A DNA stretch of 64,000 nucleotides from an uncultured Methanomassiliicoccales archaeon (GCA_963695345.1 OY968769.1:1536001-1600000); one strand, 5' to 3'. Shown: positions 40,729 through 51,230, numbered from the stretch's first letter. A program made the numbers and translations. The notes: generated from the sequence alone by a model not told the origin.

Positions 40729-42105
40729 ATGCAGGATATACTGGCAAAGGCTGTCCGCTCAATGCAGGACCAGGGCGCCGAGTTCTGCGATGCCCGTCAT
40801 CAGGCCATCGACAGGACGTTCATCGCCATGGTCGACGGTGGCGTGCGCACGATCGACAATGGAAGGCTGGAGGGAGTGGTCCTCCGCTCCCGGGCCAATG
40901 GCTCCTGGGGTTACGCCTCGACCGTGGACCTGGGCAACGAATCGGTCATGGATGCTTGCCTCCGGTCGGTAGTGAACGCCAAGCACGGTACCGCCAAGGG
41001 GAAAAGGATCCAAGAACGCAAGGCCAATCGCTCCAAGGTAACCGCCCAGGTAAGGATCCATCCTACCAAGGTGCCTATCGAGGAGAAGGTGGCGGTCATG
41101 AAGGACCTGGACCGGGCGCAGAAGATCGACGATCGTGTGGTAAACGTCAACTCGATCTACCGCGAGGAGATCAAGAATAACCTGCTGGTGTCCTCTTTCG
41201 GCGATTCGCTGCAATGGGAGGAGGTCAGGACCCGGCTCTTCGCTCAGCCAGTGGCGCACGAGGGCGACCGGACCGAGTACTACTTCGACCTTATCGACGG
41301 CACGAAAGGTTTCGAGATGGTCAAGGAGGCGGACATCATGGCCTTCGGCAAGCGCGCCGCTGAAGAGGCGGTCAAGATGCTTCAGGCGAAAAAGGCGCCT
41401 TCCGGTCTTCACACGGTGATCAGCGACCCCATGATCTCCGGATTGCTGGCCCATGAGGTGATGGGCCATGCCTCCGAGGCGGACGAGGTGGTCAAGAAGC
41501 GGTCTTTCCTCAGCGGCGTGGTGGGCAAGAAGGTCGCCAGCCCGCTGATCACCATGGTGGACGACGGCACCGTTCCCGGAGCCCACGGCTCCATCCCGTT
41601 CGATGACGAGGGCACGCCTTCGTCCCGGACCACGATCATCGAGGACGGCGTATACCACGGATACATGCACAGCCTGGAGACGGCGGCGGAGATGGGGGTC
41701 GAACCGACCGGCAACGGCCGGGCCCAGGACTTCGGCCACAGGGTGTGGGTCCGCATGACCAACACCTTCTTCGAGAAGGGCGACTCGACGCTGGAGGAGA
41801 TGCTGGAGGATGTCAAGTTCGGCGTCCTTACCGATCACATGATCAGCGGCATGGAGGACCCGGTGGCGGGCGGTTTCGAGGCCAAGGCGCTGCGGGGCTT
41901 CCTTATCGAGAACGGGAAGGTGACCGACATGCTGCGTTCCTTCACGCTCACCGGGAGCGCCTTGGAGATACTGAAGACCACCGACGCGGTGGGAAAGGAC
42001 GTGCTGCTGGATGGCGGCACCTGCGGCAAAGGTATCGAGGACTTCGTATCGGTCTCGTCCGGCGGGCCGTTTTGCCGTTCAAAGATCACCCTGGGAGGCG
42101 GTTGA
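40729..42105 (+). CDS. tldD: TldD metalloprotease
   Basis: HEVMGHASEAD, FDDEG, RMTNT, CGKG. Confidence 0.92.
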   Translation: MQDILAKAVRSMQDQGAEFCDARHQAIDRTFIAMVDGGVRTIDNGRLEGVVLRSRANGSWGYASTVDLGNESVMDACLRSVVNAKHGTAKGKRIQERKANRSKVTAQVRIHPTKVPIEEKVAVMKDLDRAQKIDDRVVNVNSIYREEIKNNLLVSSFGDSLQWEEVRTRLFAQPVAHEGDRTEYYFDLIDGTKGFEMVKEADIMAFGKRAAEEAVKMLQAKKAPSGLHTVISDPMISGLLAHEVMGHASEADEVVKKRSFLSGVVGKKVASPLITMVDDGTVPGAHGSIPFDDEGTPSSRTTIIEDGVYHGYMHSLETAAEMGVEPTGNGRAQDFGHRVWVRMTNTFFEKGDSTLEEMLEDVKFGVLTDHMISGMEDPVAGGFEAKALRGFLIENGKVTDMLRSFTLTGSALEILKTTDAVGKDVLLDGGTCGKGIEDFVSVSSGGPFCRSKITLGGG

Positions 42106-43467
42106 ATGCAACTCGAACCGATCATGAAGAAGGCCATCAAGACGGCATTGTCCGAGGGAGTGAACGACGCCGAGGTGTTCGCGGTGCGTTCCCGGACGCT
42201 CTCGGTCTACGTGGACGACAACTGCATCAAGAACGTGGAAGAGAAGGCGGACCAGGGGCTATCCGTCCGGGTGATCCGCGCCAAGAAGGTGGGCCAAGCC
42301 TCATCCACCTACTCTAATGTCCGGGACTCGGAAAGCTGCGCTGTGAAGGCGGTAAAGCTGGCGGGAGTATCCCACCCGGACCCGGCCTTCAAGAACTTCC
42401 CGGTCTCCGACAAAGGGGCGGAATCGCCGAACGTCTATGACAAGGCGGTTTCCGCCATGGAGGCCGAGACCATCACCGACCTGGCCAAGGCCATCGTGAC
42501 CGCTGCAACCGCGGTCGGCAACGTCAAGGTGCCCAGCGGTCTGATCCGGGTCGCCGCCATCCAGTCCATGCTGGTCAACACGAACGGAGTGGAGACGGAG
42601 AACCGCAACACTATGATATACGCCCACTTCACGTCGATGACGGCAGGGAAGGATCCCGGGGAAGGGGTGCGCAGCTTCTTCTCCCCGCACCTCGCCGGTT
42701 TCGACACCGCCGAGTTCGGCAGGCAGCTGGGCGAAGGAGCCGTCGATTCGATGAAGGCGGTGCCCTTCGAGGGGGAGAAGAAAATGACGGTGATCGTTCC
42801 GCCGATCGAGCTTCAGGAACTACTCCAGTCTACCGTTTCCTATTCTATCAGCGCGGAGAACGTGCACCGCCACCGTTCCTCCTGGGCAGGGGCGGCGGGC
42901 AAAGAGGTCGCCTCGCCGAGCATCACCATGATGGATGACCCTTTCGATCCGAAAGGGATGATGTCCTGCGGATACGATGATGAGGGAGTGCGGACCAGCC
43001 GCAAGGTATTGATCGACCGGGGAGTGCTGAAGACTTTCCTTTACGATTCGTACAACGCCCAGAAGGCAGGGGTCAAACCGACCGGCAACGCGATGCGCCG
43101 TTCCCCCATCGACTCCCAGAACCTCTACCGGAACGGGATCGATATCGACCCGGTGAACCTGGTGGTCAAACCCGGCACAAAGAGCCTGGAGCAGGTCATC
43201 GCCGGGATCGACGAGGGACTGATGATCGGCCGGCTGGCCTCGGCCGACGCGAGCGGAATCACCGGAGCATTCGGATTGGAGGTCCGCTGCGCGTACCTGA
43301 TCAAGAAAGGGGAGATCACCGGGACCGTCAATCACGCGCTGATCGCTGGCAACATGTACGATGCGCTGAAGAACGTGAGGGAGGTGGCCAACGACACCAC
43401 CGTCATCCGTTCCGGCATCTTGCCATCGGTGGCCTTCGAGGGAATTGAGATCATAGGATCGAAATGA
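42106..43467 (+). CDS. pmbA: PmbA/TldE protein
   Basis: DDP, YDDEG, FLYD.Y.A...TGNA; lacks HExxxH; follows tldD. Confidence 0.88.
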   Translation: MQLEPIMKKAIKTALSEGVNDAEVFAVRSRTLSVYVDDNCIKNVEEKADQGLSVRVIRAKKVGQASSTYSNVRDSESCAVKAVKLAGVSHPDPAFKNFPVSDKGAESPNVYDKAVSAMEAETITDLAKAIVTAATAVGNVKVPSGLIRVAAIQSMLVNTNGVETENRNTMIYAHFTSMTAGKDPGEGVRSFFSPHLAGFDTAEFGRQLGEGAVDSMKAVPFEGEKKMTVIVPPIELQELLQSTVSYSISAENVHRHRSSWAGAAGKEVASPSITMMDDPFDPKGMMSCGYDDEGVRTSRKVLIDRGVLKTFLYDSYNAQKAGVKPTGNAMRRSPIDSQNLYRNGIDIDPVNLVVKPGTKSLEQVIAGIDEGLMIGRLASADASGITGAFGLEVRCAYLIKKGEITGTVNHALIAGNMYDALKNVREVANDTTVIRSGILPSVAFEGIEIIGSK

Positions 43468-43509
43468 CGGCATGACAACGGCCCGAATGCAGGCCCCAAC
43501 CTTTATTAC

Positions 43510-43526
43510 TACTATCCGTTATAGTA
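43510..43526. promoter_or_regulatory. Candidate BlaI-family operator 1
   Basis: TACTAT-CCGTT-ATAGTA perfect inverted repeat immediately before the repressor start. Confidence 0.65.
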
Positions 43527-43530
43527 CCAA

Positions 43531-43932
43531 ATGGTACCAATGGAAGACAAGCCCTGTGAAATCCCCCAATACAACCTGAACGCGGCAGACCTGGAATCGT
43601 TCCTTGGTCCCCTGGAGGCAAGGGTGCTGCAGGCGGTGTGGGGCTTCGATAGCTATCCCATCACCGTGAGGGATTGCTATAAGATCTTGAACGAGCAGGG
43701 GAAGATCGCCTACACCACGGTGATGTCCACAATGGACCGTCTGCACGAAAAAGGATACCTCGAGCGTTCGATAGAGCGCGGAAAGGGCGGTCTCCTTTAC
43801 AAGTACTGGCCAAAGATGAGCAAGGACGAGTTCAATTCCCATGCCGTCCGTGAGATCATCGGCAGCCTGGTGAACAAGTTCGGCAAAGGAATGGTGGCCA
43901 GCTGTTTCACTGAAGAAGCCTCGAAGAAGTAA
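43531..43932 (+). CDS. BlaI/MecI/CopY family transcriptional repressor
   Basis: LGPLE..VL..VW, TVR, AYTTVM.T.DRL..KG.L.R. Confidence 0.9.
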   Translation: MVPMEDKPCEIPQYNLNAADLESFLGPLEARVLQAVWGFDSYPITVRDCYKILNEQGKIAYTTVMSTMDRLHEKGYLERSIERGKGGLLYKYWPKMSKDEFNSHAVREIIGSLVNKFGKGMVASCFTEEASKK

Positions 43933-43977
43933 GAAGGGGAAGGAACGAATGCACCGGTATGGGCGGGAGGAACGACC

Positions 43978-45246
43978 ATGGATGTTCTGAACTGGATAGC
44001 CCTGCAGCTATTCCAGCCCTATTTCTACTACTCTCTTGTGCTCAGTCTGGCCCTTTTTGTCGGTGTCAATCTGGCGGTCCGAATGACCCGGATCAAGGAC
44101 CACCGGCTGAGGTCCTACTTGTTCACCCTGCCGATGCTGTCCCCGATGTTCGTCTATTTTCTTTACCCTCCCCAATTGGACATAATAATGCTGGATACGG
44201 GTCTGTCCGCTTTCTCGTTCCCGCCGAATCCGATGAACTTCATGCAGCCACACCCTCTGCCTCCGGTAACTCAGTCTGTTCTCTCCGTCACCGGGTCTTT
44301 GTGCCTTTCCGGAATCCTGCTCGGCATATCTTTGCTGGCTATATGCCTGGTCCTAAACCGTTTCGGGACCAGGAGGGGGTTCATACCGCTTTCCGAGGAG
44401 GACTATCCCAAAGTGATCGGCATCGTGGCCAAGCGCTGCAAGCGTTTCGGCATCGATCTGCCTAACATCGGGCTCGCGGAGGACCTCCGTCCGAACGCGT
44501 TCGTCGGCGGCCATGGACGGTCGGCTGTCCTGGTGTTCAGCCTGGGCATGCTGGAGACCTTTGACCATGACGAGCTGACGGTGGCGATCGACCACGAACT
44601 GATGCACCTGAAGAACCGGGACACGCTGTTCCGCTCGGCATCGATCGGATTGATGGCATTGTCCTTTTTCAATCCCATAGTCTACCTTTCATACACCGCC
44701 ACGCTGCGTGAGAGGGAGCACCTGGCGGATGATGGATCGACCCGCACGAAGAGGTCCCAGGAAGCCCTCAGGAGAGCTTTGAGGAAGGCAGCCGAGACCA
44801 CCCGTTTCGTCGAGAGGATGGCATCGGCGAGCGGTCTAAGGCTGATAGGACTTCTCCCGCTGTTCCCACGGAACATGCTGGCGACACATCCTGCCGAGGA
44901 AAAAAGGCTGGAATCGATCAGCCGCCCGATCAGGGAGCGTAAGGCCAGCCCGAAGACGATATTCCTGACGATCATCTGTATCCTGGCGCTTTCCGGGGTC
45001 CTGCTGACGGTATTTGTCGACACCAGGGAGATGCTGGTCCAAGACTTGTCGGTCGGGATTAATGCGCTGGGGACGAACGGGCATCATTTCCTCGACCACG
45101 CCCTTCCAGGCAACATCAGCATGGTGCTGCCCGAAGCCTTCTCCCGGAACGTCACGCTACAGCCGCCTCCATGCCCCGAAAACCACACCGGTCATTCAAT
45201 GGCTGAGATGCTTATTATACGGAGTAATTCGTTGCTACTATCTTAG
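43978..45246 (+). CDS. M56/M48 family membrane zinc metallopeptidase (BlaR1-like, no penicillin-binding domain)
   Basis: N-terminal TMs, PNAF, HELMH, FFNP, RE..AD, THP..R. Confidence 0.85.
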   Translation: MDVLNWIALQLFQPYFYYSLVLSLALFVGVNLAVRMTRIKDHRLRSYLFTLPMLSPMFVYFLYPPQLDIIMLDTGLSAFSFPPNPMNFMQPHPLPPVTQSVLSVTGSLCLSGILLGISLLAICLVLNRFGTRRGFIPLSEEDYPKVIGIVAKRCKRFGIDLPNIGLAEDLRPNAFVGGHGRSAVLVFSLGMLETFDHDELTVAIDHELMHLKNRDTLFRSASIGLMALSFFNPIVYLSYTATLREREHLADDGSTRTKRSQEALRRALRKAAETTRFVERMASASGLRLIGLLPLFPRNMLATHPAEEKRLESISRPIRERKASPKTIFLTIICILALSGVLLTVFVDTREMLVQDLSVGINALGTNGHHFLDHALPGNISMVLPEAFSRNVTLQPPPCPENHTGHSMAEMLIIRSNSLLLS

Positions 45247-45252
45247 CTAGTA
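45236..45252. promoter_or_regulatory. Candidate BlaI-family operator 2, before the ABC genes
   Basis: TACTA-N7-TAGTA with the same spacing as operator 1, followed by AAATATATA. Confidence 0.6.
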
Positions 45253-45301
45253 ACAAATATATAGGACAGCGTCATTTGTCCTGCCCGTAGGAAGGTGCCC
45301 C

Positions 45302-46705
45302 ATGGGCTTAGCGAATCGGGCTTTCAAAAGTATCTGGAGAAGAAAATGGCGAACTGGCGTGGCTTTGATCGCCATCGCGATCGCCATGGCTATCATGATT
45401 TCAATCCCGGCCGGACTGAATTCCAATCAGGCGGCCGCGGTGAATGCCAGGGACAGCATACAATCGTCCCTTACCGCCATGAACAACGAGATCACCAATA
45501 TGTCCCTCGTCGTCGAGGTGTCCTACGGCCAGTCGGGGAGAGGTGTTCCGGGCGACCGCAACATGACCGTACCTATGACCAACACCGCTTCGACAACAAG
45601 CACGATCACCGCTAGTGACGTTTCGAACATAAGCTCGCTCGAGGGCGTGGTGAGCATTGTCGGGTACATTGAGAAGACGGAGGGGATGCCAGATATGAGC
45701 AGCTTCACTCCAGGGAGTTTCACCCCAGGAAGCAGCGCGACCCGCACCCAGATGAACTTCAGTTCGGTCTACAGCGTATGGGGAATACCGACCGATGCGA
45801 CCATCAGCGGGATAACGCCGACCATCGTCAGCGGAAGGACCATGGCCGCCAATGAGACCGGCGTCGCGGTGATAAGCCAATCCCTGGCGACCAGCTGGGG
45901 TTTGGGCGTTGGAGACACCAAGACGATCGAAGGTATCACGCTGACCATCGTCGGGATAAGCTCAACCGCGACATCCACGAGCTCGACCTCAAGCGCGCCC
46001 GGGGGTTCGACAATGTCCGATCGTGTCGTATATGTGGACCTGGCCCAGGCTCAGTCCATGTATTCGATGTCCGGCACATTCACCAATCTCTACGTCTATG
46101 CCAATTCCACGGCCTATGCGGAGACCATTGCGTTGGAGATCGAGACTCTGCTGTCCAGTTCTACGGTGACCACATCGACGGAGCGCATGGCCCAGTTAAG
46201 CACATCACAGGCACAGATGACCGCATCATTGGCCAGCCAGAATTCCACCTTGGCCCAGACCCAGGCAACTGCCAATCAGGAGACGGTCCTGGCCCTGGTC
46301 GCGACCAGCGCCATCATTCTGCTGATCATGGTGTTCTCTGTCCGGGAAAGGGTCCGTGAGATCGGGGTCATGAAGACCCTGGGCTTCAGCAACAGGAGCA
46401 TTGTCAGCCAGTTCATGGTCGAAGGGGTTTCGGTGACATTGCTTGGTTGCATCGTCGGTTCGATAGTGGGCATCATAGCATATCCCACTCTGTCCAGCCT
46501 ACTGATGCCAACGACCACGTCCAGCACCGGCGCGAACGGTATGCCGGCCGTCCAGACGGCGGCGGCCACGGTGTCCGCCAGTCCGGAGCTCAGCATGGTC
46601 CTGATCGCCTTCGCTGCGGTCCTGGCGATGGGAGCGCTCGGGAGCATATACCCGGCCTGGAAGGCCTCGAGGATCAAACCAGTGGAGGCGCTACGCAATG
46701 AGTGA
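45302..46705 (+). CDS. ABC transporter permease (MacB/FtsX family)
   Basis: R.WRT, SVRER.REIG..K.LG, YPAWKAS.I.PVEALR; Ser/Thr-rich extracellular domain. Confidence 0.9.
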   Translation: MGLANRAFKSIWRRKWRTGVALIAIAIAMAIMISIPAGLNSNQAAAVNARDSIQSSLTAMNNEITNMSLVVEVSYGQSGRGVPGDRNMTVPMTNTASTTSTITASDVSNISSLEGVVSIVGYIEKTEGMPDMSSFTPGSFTPGSSATRTQMNFSSVYSVWGIPTDATISGITPTIVSGRTMAANETGVAVISQSLATSWGLGVGDTKTIEGITLTIVGISSTATSTSSTSSAPGGSTMSDRVVYVDLAQAQSMYSMSGTFTNLYVYANSTAYAETIALEIETLLSSSTVTTSTERMAQLSTSQAQMTASLASQNSTLAQTQATANQETVLALVATSAIILLIMVFSVRERVREIGVMKTLGFSNRSIVSQFMVEGVSVTLLGCIVGSIVGIIAYPTLSSLLMPTTTSSTGANGMPAVQTAAATVSASPELSMVLIAFAAVLAMGALGSIYPAWKASRIKPVEALRNE

Positions 46706-47426
46706 TGACGTGCCAGGTCTGGCGATCAAGGCGGTCGGGATATCCAAGGAGTACGACCTGAAATCCCATAAGGTGCTGGCTTTGAGGAATACAAACTTCG
46801 AGGTCAAGCGGGGCGAGTCCATCGCTATAAAGGGACCGTCGGGTTCGGGCAAGACCACCCTGCTGACCCTGATCGGTCTGCTGGACTCTCCTACCGCGGG
46901 AAGCATCACCATCGACGGGATGGACCTTACCCAGATCCACGAGAGCAAGTTGCATGAGGTGCGTCAGAAGAAGATCGGGTTCGTGTTCCAGAGCTTCAAC
47001 CTGATGCCGTACCTCACGGCCCAGGAAAACGTCGAGCTGCCGATGGAATTGGGCGACCTGACCCGCAGCCAAAGGAAGGAACGGGCGCTCGAGCTGCTCG
47101 GTATCGTCGGTCTTTCAGAACGGGTCGGGCACCGGCCCACCAAGCTCAGCGCCGGGGAACAGCAGAGAGTAGCAATCGCCAGGGCTTTGGCCAACGGACC
47201 CTCGATTCTCCTGGCGGACGAACCGACAGGGAACCTGGACTCGAAATCCAAGAAGGAGATCGTGAAGTTGTTCAACCGCCTCAGGCGGGAACAGGGCATG
47301 ACGGTCATCATCGTAACCCATGATGACAAAGTGGCGAACGACATCGGGAAGGTGATCCGGATGCGCAACGGGAGGCTGCTGACAGAGAAGGACAAGGAGT
47401 TCCTGGAAGACGAAAATGAAGAATAA
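46698..47426 (+). CDS. ABC transporter ATP-binding protein (LolD/MacB-like)
   Basis: GPSGSGKT, GFVFQ, LSAGEQQRVAIARA, LADEPTGNLD. Confidence 0.95.
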   Translation: MSDDVPGLAIKAVGISKEYDLKSHKVLALRNTNFEVKRGESIAIKGPSGSGKTTLLTLIGLLDSPTAGSITIDGMDLTQIHESKLHEVRQKKIGFVFQSFNLMPYLTAQENVELPMELGDLTRSQRKERALELLGIVGLSERVGHRPTKLSAGEQQRVAIARALANGPSILLADEPTGNLDSKSKKEIVKLFNRLRREQGMTVIIVTHDDKVANDIGKVIRMRNGRLLTEKDKEFLEDENEE

Positions 47427-47563
47427 GAACCCTTTACGAGACTGGAACGTTTAGTCGTCTCTCCGACAACCGCCCCCTCCAGTCTCGGCCGACCCGCCGA
47501 TCGTAATTTTTCAAATATGCTTTCCTCTAGGTTTCGATCCGGTCGGCGGGGTCCAATCCCGGA

Positions 47564-47932
47564 TCACTGGGTATCAAGGGTCACGGTCGTCTTGTCAGCC
47601 AGTTCCTCAAGCTTTTCCAGGTTGGTTACTACCCTGCCCAACGGTGTCACTGGACTGTAAGCTTCGGGGGCCTCCCCCTTGCTTGCCGGGGTACGGCCAA
47701 AGAAAATACAGAGGGCGTTGCCTTCAGGCCAATAGGCCACCTCCCCCACGTCCATGATCTTCTTTCCCTGGTCGAGTTTATCGTGGACCGGGATCTCGAA
47801 GTATATCTCCCCGCCCCAGACGTTGATCTCCCGCTCCAACGGAAGCGCCAGGTACAGACCGTCGGCGGTGGTGGAATCGTTCAGCTCGATCTCGAACTCG
47901 TCATACCTGGTGCGCATCATTATTTTTGTCAA
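47564..47932 (-). CDS. Cyclophilin-like fold protein
   Basis: WGGEIYF, GEVAYWPEG.A.CIFFG.TP. Confidence 0.8.
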   Translation of the reverse strand: MTKIMMRTRYDEFEIELNDSTTADGLYLALPLEREINVWGGEIYFEIPVHDKLDQGKKIMDVGEVAYWPEGNALCIFFGRTPASKGEAPEAYSPVTPLGRVVTNLEKLEELADKTTVTLDTQ

Positions 47933-47941
47933 TCGAACACC

Positions 47942-48145
47942 TCACTTGATCTTGACGACTTTCACGGAATATTCGATATCTATGGTCAGAGGCCTCTTGC
48001 ACCTCGGGCAGGTCCTCTTCAAGGACGACATGGAAAGGGTCCAAAGAGGTAGGTCTTGGGAGCCCAGGGTCAGAGTATGTTGGCAGAATGGGCACATAAT
48101 GGAAATATTCTCGCCTGGCAAAGAATTCACCGTTGTATCATCCAA
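47942..48145 (-). CDS. Small zinc-ribbon protein
   Basis: CPFC...CPRC; codirectional with neighbours. Confidence 0.55.
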   Translation of the reverse strand: MDDTTVNSLPGENISIMCPFCQHTLTLGSQDLPLWTLSMSSLKRTCPRCKRPLTIDIEYSVKVVKIK

Positions 48146-48242
48146 TAGGCGATGGAAGCTAGTTATGATTTCGGTCGTTCAAGTGTTCCAGAAAATAGAA
48201 GGAAGGGGTTTGGGCTGCGGTGAACGATCACGCTTCGGACTT

Positions 48243-49367
48243 TCACTTGGCCGGGGCCTTCTTGGCAGCGGCCTTCTTCGCCACCGCCTTCTTTGCCGGA
48301 GATGACGTCTTCGCGGCTTCCTTCTTGGCAGCAGCCTTCTTTGCCGGGGCCTTCTTCTCTGCTTTCTTGGCCTTTGGTTCGCCCTTGATCTCGAACAGTG
48401 AGCGTATCTCCTTGCCAACGACCTCGATCTTGCTCTCGGCCTCCTTCTTCTCCATGGACTGGAGCTTCTTCATGCCTCCGTTGGCGTCTTTCATCCATTC
48501 CTTGGCGAACTTGCCGGCCAGGATGTCGTCCAGCAGCTTTTCCATGGCCTTCTTGGACTCCTCGTTGATGACCTTGTCGCGGGTGGACAATCCGCCGAAC
48601 TCGGCGGTGTTGGACACGCTGGTCCACATGTGCATCATGCCGCCCTTCTGGATCAGGTCCACGATGAGCTTGAGCTCGTGCAGGCATTCGAAGTAGGCGA
48701 TCTCCGGCTGGTATCCTCTCTTGACCAGGGTGTTGAAGCCCGCCTCGATCAATGCGGTCACTCCGCCGCACAGGACCGCCTGCTCTCCGAACAGGTCCGA
48801 CGTCGCCTCTTCCTTGAAGGTGGTCTCGATGACCCCCGCCTTGGTGGCGCCCAATCCCTTTGCCAGGCACAGCGCCACATTCTTGGCGTTGCCGGTGAAG
48901 TCCTGTTCCACGGCGATCAATGCGGGAACGCCGAACCCTTCGAGGTAGACCTGCCTTTCCATCGGTCCAGGAGACTTCGGGGCCATCATGATGACGTCCA
49001 CGTTCTTCGGGGGCTTGATGACGCCGAAAGTGATAGCGAATCCGTGCGCGAAATCGATGGCCACTCCCTCCTTGAGGTTCGGCAGGATCTCTTCCTTCCA
49101 GACCTGGCCTTGGACCTCGTCCGGGATGAGTATCATGACCACGTCCGCACCCTTGACCGCATCGGCCACTGGTGCTACCTTCATGCCGTTCTTCTTGGCG
49201 TCGTCCCAGGACTTGCCGCCCTTCCTCAGGCCGACGGTGACGTCCAGTCCGGAGTCGCGCATGCACATGGATTGCGCCTTCCCCTGACTTCCGAATCCGA
49301 TCACAGCCACCTTCTTTCCCTTCAGGACCTTCAGGTCCGCGTCAGCGTCATGGTAGATTTTTGCCAT
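48243..49367 (-). CDS. ilvC: Ketol-acid reductoisomerase with Lys/Ala-rich C-terminal tail
   Basis: IGFGSQG, FAHGF, APKSPG, DLFGEQ.VLCGG, AYFEC.HE, SNTAE. Confidence 0.96.
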   Translation of the reverse strand: MAKIYHDADADLKVLKGKKVAVIGFGSQGKAQSMCMRDSGLDVTVGLRKGGKSWDDAKKNGMKVAPVADAVKGADVVMILIPDEVQGQVWKEEILPNLKEGVAIDFAHGFAITFGVIKPPKNVDVIMMAPKSPGPMERQVYLEGFGVPALIAVEQDFTGNAKNVALCLAKGLGATKAGVIETTFKEEATSDLFGEQAVLCGGVTALIEAGFNTLVKRGYQPEIAYFECLHELKLIVDLIQKGGMMHMWTSVSNTAEFGGLSTRDKVINEESKKAMEKLLDDILAGKFAKEWMKDANGGMKKLQSMEKKEAESKIEVVGKEIRSLFEIKGEPKAKKAEKKAPAKKAAAKKEAAKTSSPAKKAVAKKAAAKKAPAK

Positions 49368-49443
49368 TTTATTTCACCTATTGCATTTTTCTATTTTTAT
49401 TCCAGATATCCAGTCAAATATAAACATTGTTTGAGCTTATTCC

Positions 49444-51172
49444 TCAGGCGGGGAAAACCCCTGGCGATTCTATCTTGGCTGGCGTATTGGGTTGGCATTC
49501 CTTCCCCCACTTGCACCGGCCCATGATAACGTCCTTGGACGGTTTTCCTCCCGGTTGCATGGGGAGAACGTCCTCCTCTGGGTCCACGTGGATGTCGATC
49601 AGGATGGGAACGTCCGATTTGAGCCCGGCCAGGAACGCCTCGCGGATCTCAGAGGGTCTCTCCACCTTGATGCCGCCTGCCCCGAAGGCCTTGGCCAGCG
49701 CCACGAAGTCAGGGTTTATGTGGAGGTCTGTTCCGGAATAACGCTTGTCATTGAACAGCTTCTGCCACTGCTTGACCATCCCCAGCCATCCGTTGTTTAG
49801 GAGGCAGATCATGACCGGCAGGTCCTCGTTCATGGCGGTGGCGAACTCATGGAAGTTCATCTGGATGCTCCCATCCCCGGCTATGTTAACGACCTGGTTC
49901 TCCCGGTGCGCGTACTTTACGCCAAGAGAGGCCGGGAATCCGAACCCCATGGTCCCGAAACCGCCGCTGGTGATGAAATGGTGCGCATGCTTGATCTTCA
50001 GCAGGTGGGCCGCCCACATCTGGTTCTGTCCCACCTCAGTGGTGACGTAGGCATGCTCGTTGAGCGCCTTTCCCAGCTCATGCATTACCTTCTGTGGCTT
50101 GATGGGCATCTCACTGATGTCATTGTTGCATTCGCAATGCTCGTGCATCTGCTTCATGCGCAGCGACCAGGCGTTGTCCCCCCTGGCCCGCCCCAGTCCC
50201 TTGATGATCTGCTGCAGACCCTTCTTCGCATCGCCGACCAGCCTGACCTTGGTATGGCTGTTCTTCCCCGCTTCCATCGGGTCGATGTCAAGGTGAATGA
50301 TCTTGACGGCCTCTGGCAGCTCCGACGGCAGACCGGAGGAGCGGTCTGAGAACCGGGTGCCTATGGCGACCATCACGTCGCACTCCAGGAACGCCCTCCT
50401 GGCGATCTCCCGTCCATGCATCCCGATCATGCCCATGCACAGTGGGTGCATCTCCGGGATGATGCCCTTGCCCATCATGGTGGTGGCCACTGGCGCCATG
50501 AGCATCTCCGCCAGTTTCATGACTTCATGACTGGCATTGGCCCACATCGCCCCCCCGCCGACCAGCAGCATCGGTCTTTCCGCGTCCTTAAGCAGCTTGA
50601 CCGCCTCTAGCATGCCGGATAGGTCCTCGAACGGAGCCGGGACCGGGAAATTCCTCCTCCATCGCCGTCTCTGTTATCTGGGCCTTCATGACGTCGGAGG
50701 GAAGGTCGATGTGTACTGGGCCCATTCTGCCGTTGAGCGCGATGGCCCAGCCTCTCTTGATCGCCTCTGGGATCTGCTTCACGTCGAGAAGCCGGAAATT
50801 GTGCTTGGTGACGGGCATCATCAACGAGAAGACGTCCGCCTCCTGGAATGCGTTGTTGCCGATCATGCCGGTGGGCACCTGGCCGGTGAGCACGATCATG
50901 GGGGCGGAATCGGCATAGGCGGTCGCCACCCCGGTGACCAGGTTGGTGGCGCCGGGTCCGGAGGTGGCCAGGCAGACGCCCGGTTTGAGCGTGGCCCGGG
51001 CATAGCCGTCGGCCATGTGAGCGGCGCATTGCTCGTGGCGTACCAGAACGTGGTGTATGCTAGAATCGATCAGGTCATCATAGATGGGCAATGCCTGCCC
51101 TCCGGGATAACCGAACATCACGTCCACGCCCTGCCTTTCGAGCAACGTTAAGACCGCTTTGGAGCCTTTCAT
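49444..51172 (-). pseudogene. ilvB: Acetolactate synthase large subunit, copy A; +1 frameshift near 50648 (possibly a sequencing error)
   Basis: RHEQ, TSGPGATN, VGQNQMW, GDGS, NNGWLGMV; GAATTTCCCGGT has one extra base relative to E-F-P-V. Confidence 0.85.
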
Positions 51173-51202
51173 GAACTAATCTCCCATAATCCAGCAATCA
51201 TC

Positions 51203-51230
51203 GAGGACATCCTTGGAAAAAGGATGCCTC
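51203..51230 (-). promoter_or_regulatory. U-tract hairpin after leader peptide A (candidate attenuator)
   Basis: mRNA GAGGCAUCCUU-UUUCC-AAGGAUGUCCUC. Confidence 0.55.

Noticed and set aside
40720-42115. Peptidase-tldD-pmbA joined in frame by TGA-ATG twice (possible Sec or readthrough polyprotein)
   Set aside because: Each gene is complete with its own ATG; ordinary translational coupling explains it and no SECIS was seen.
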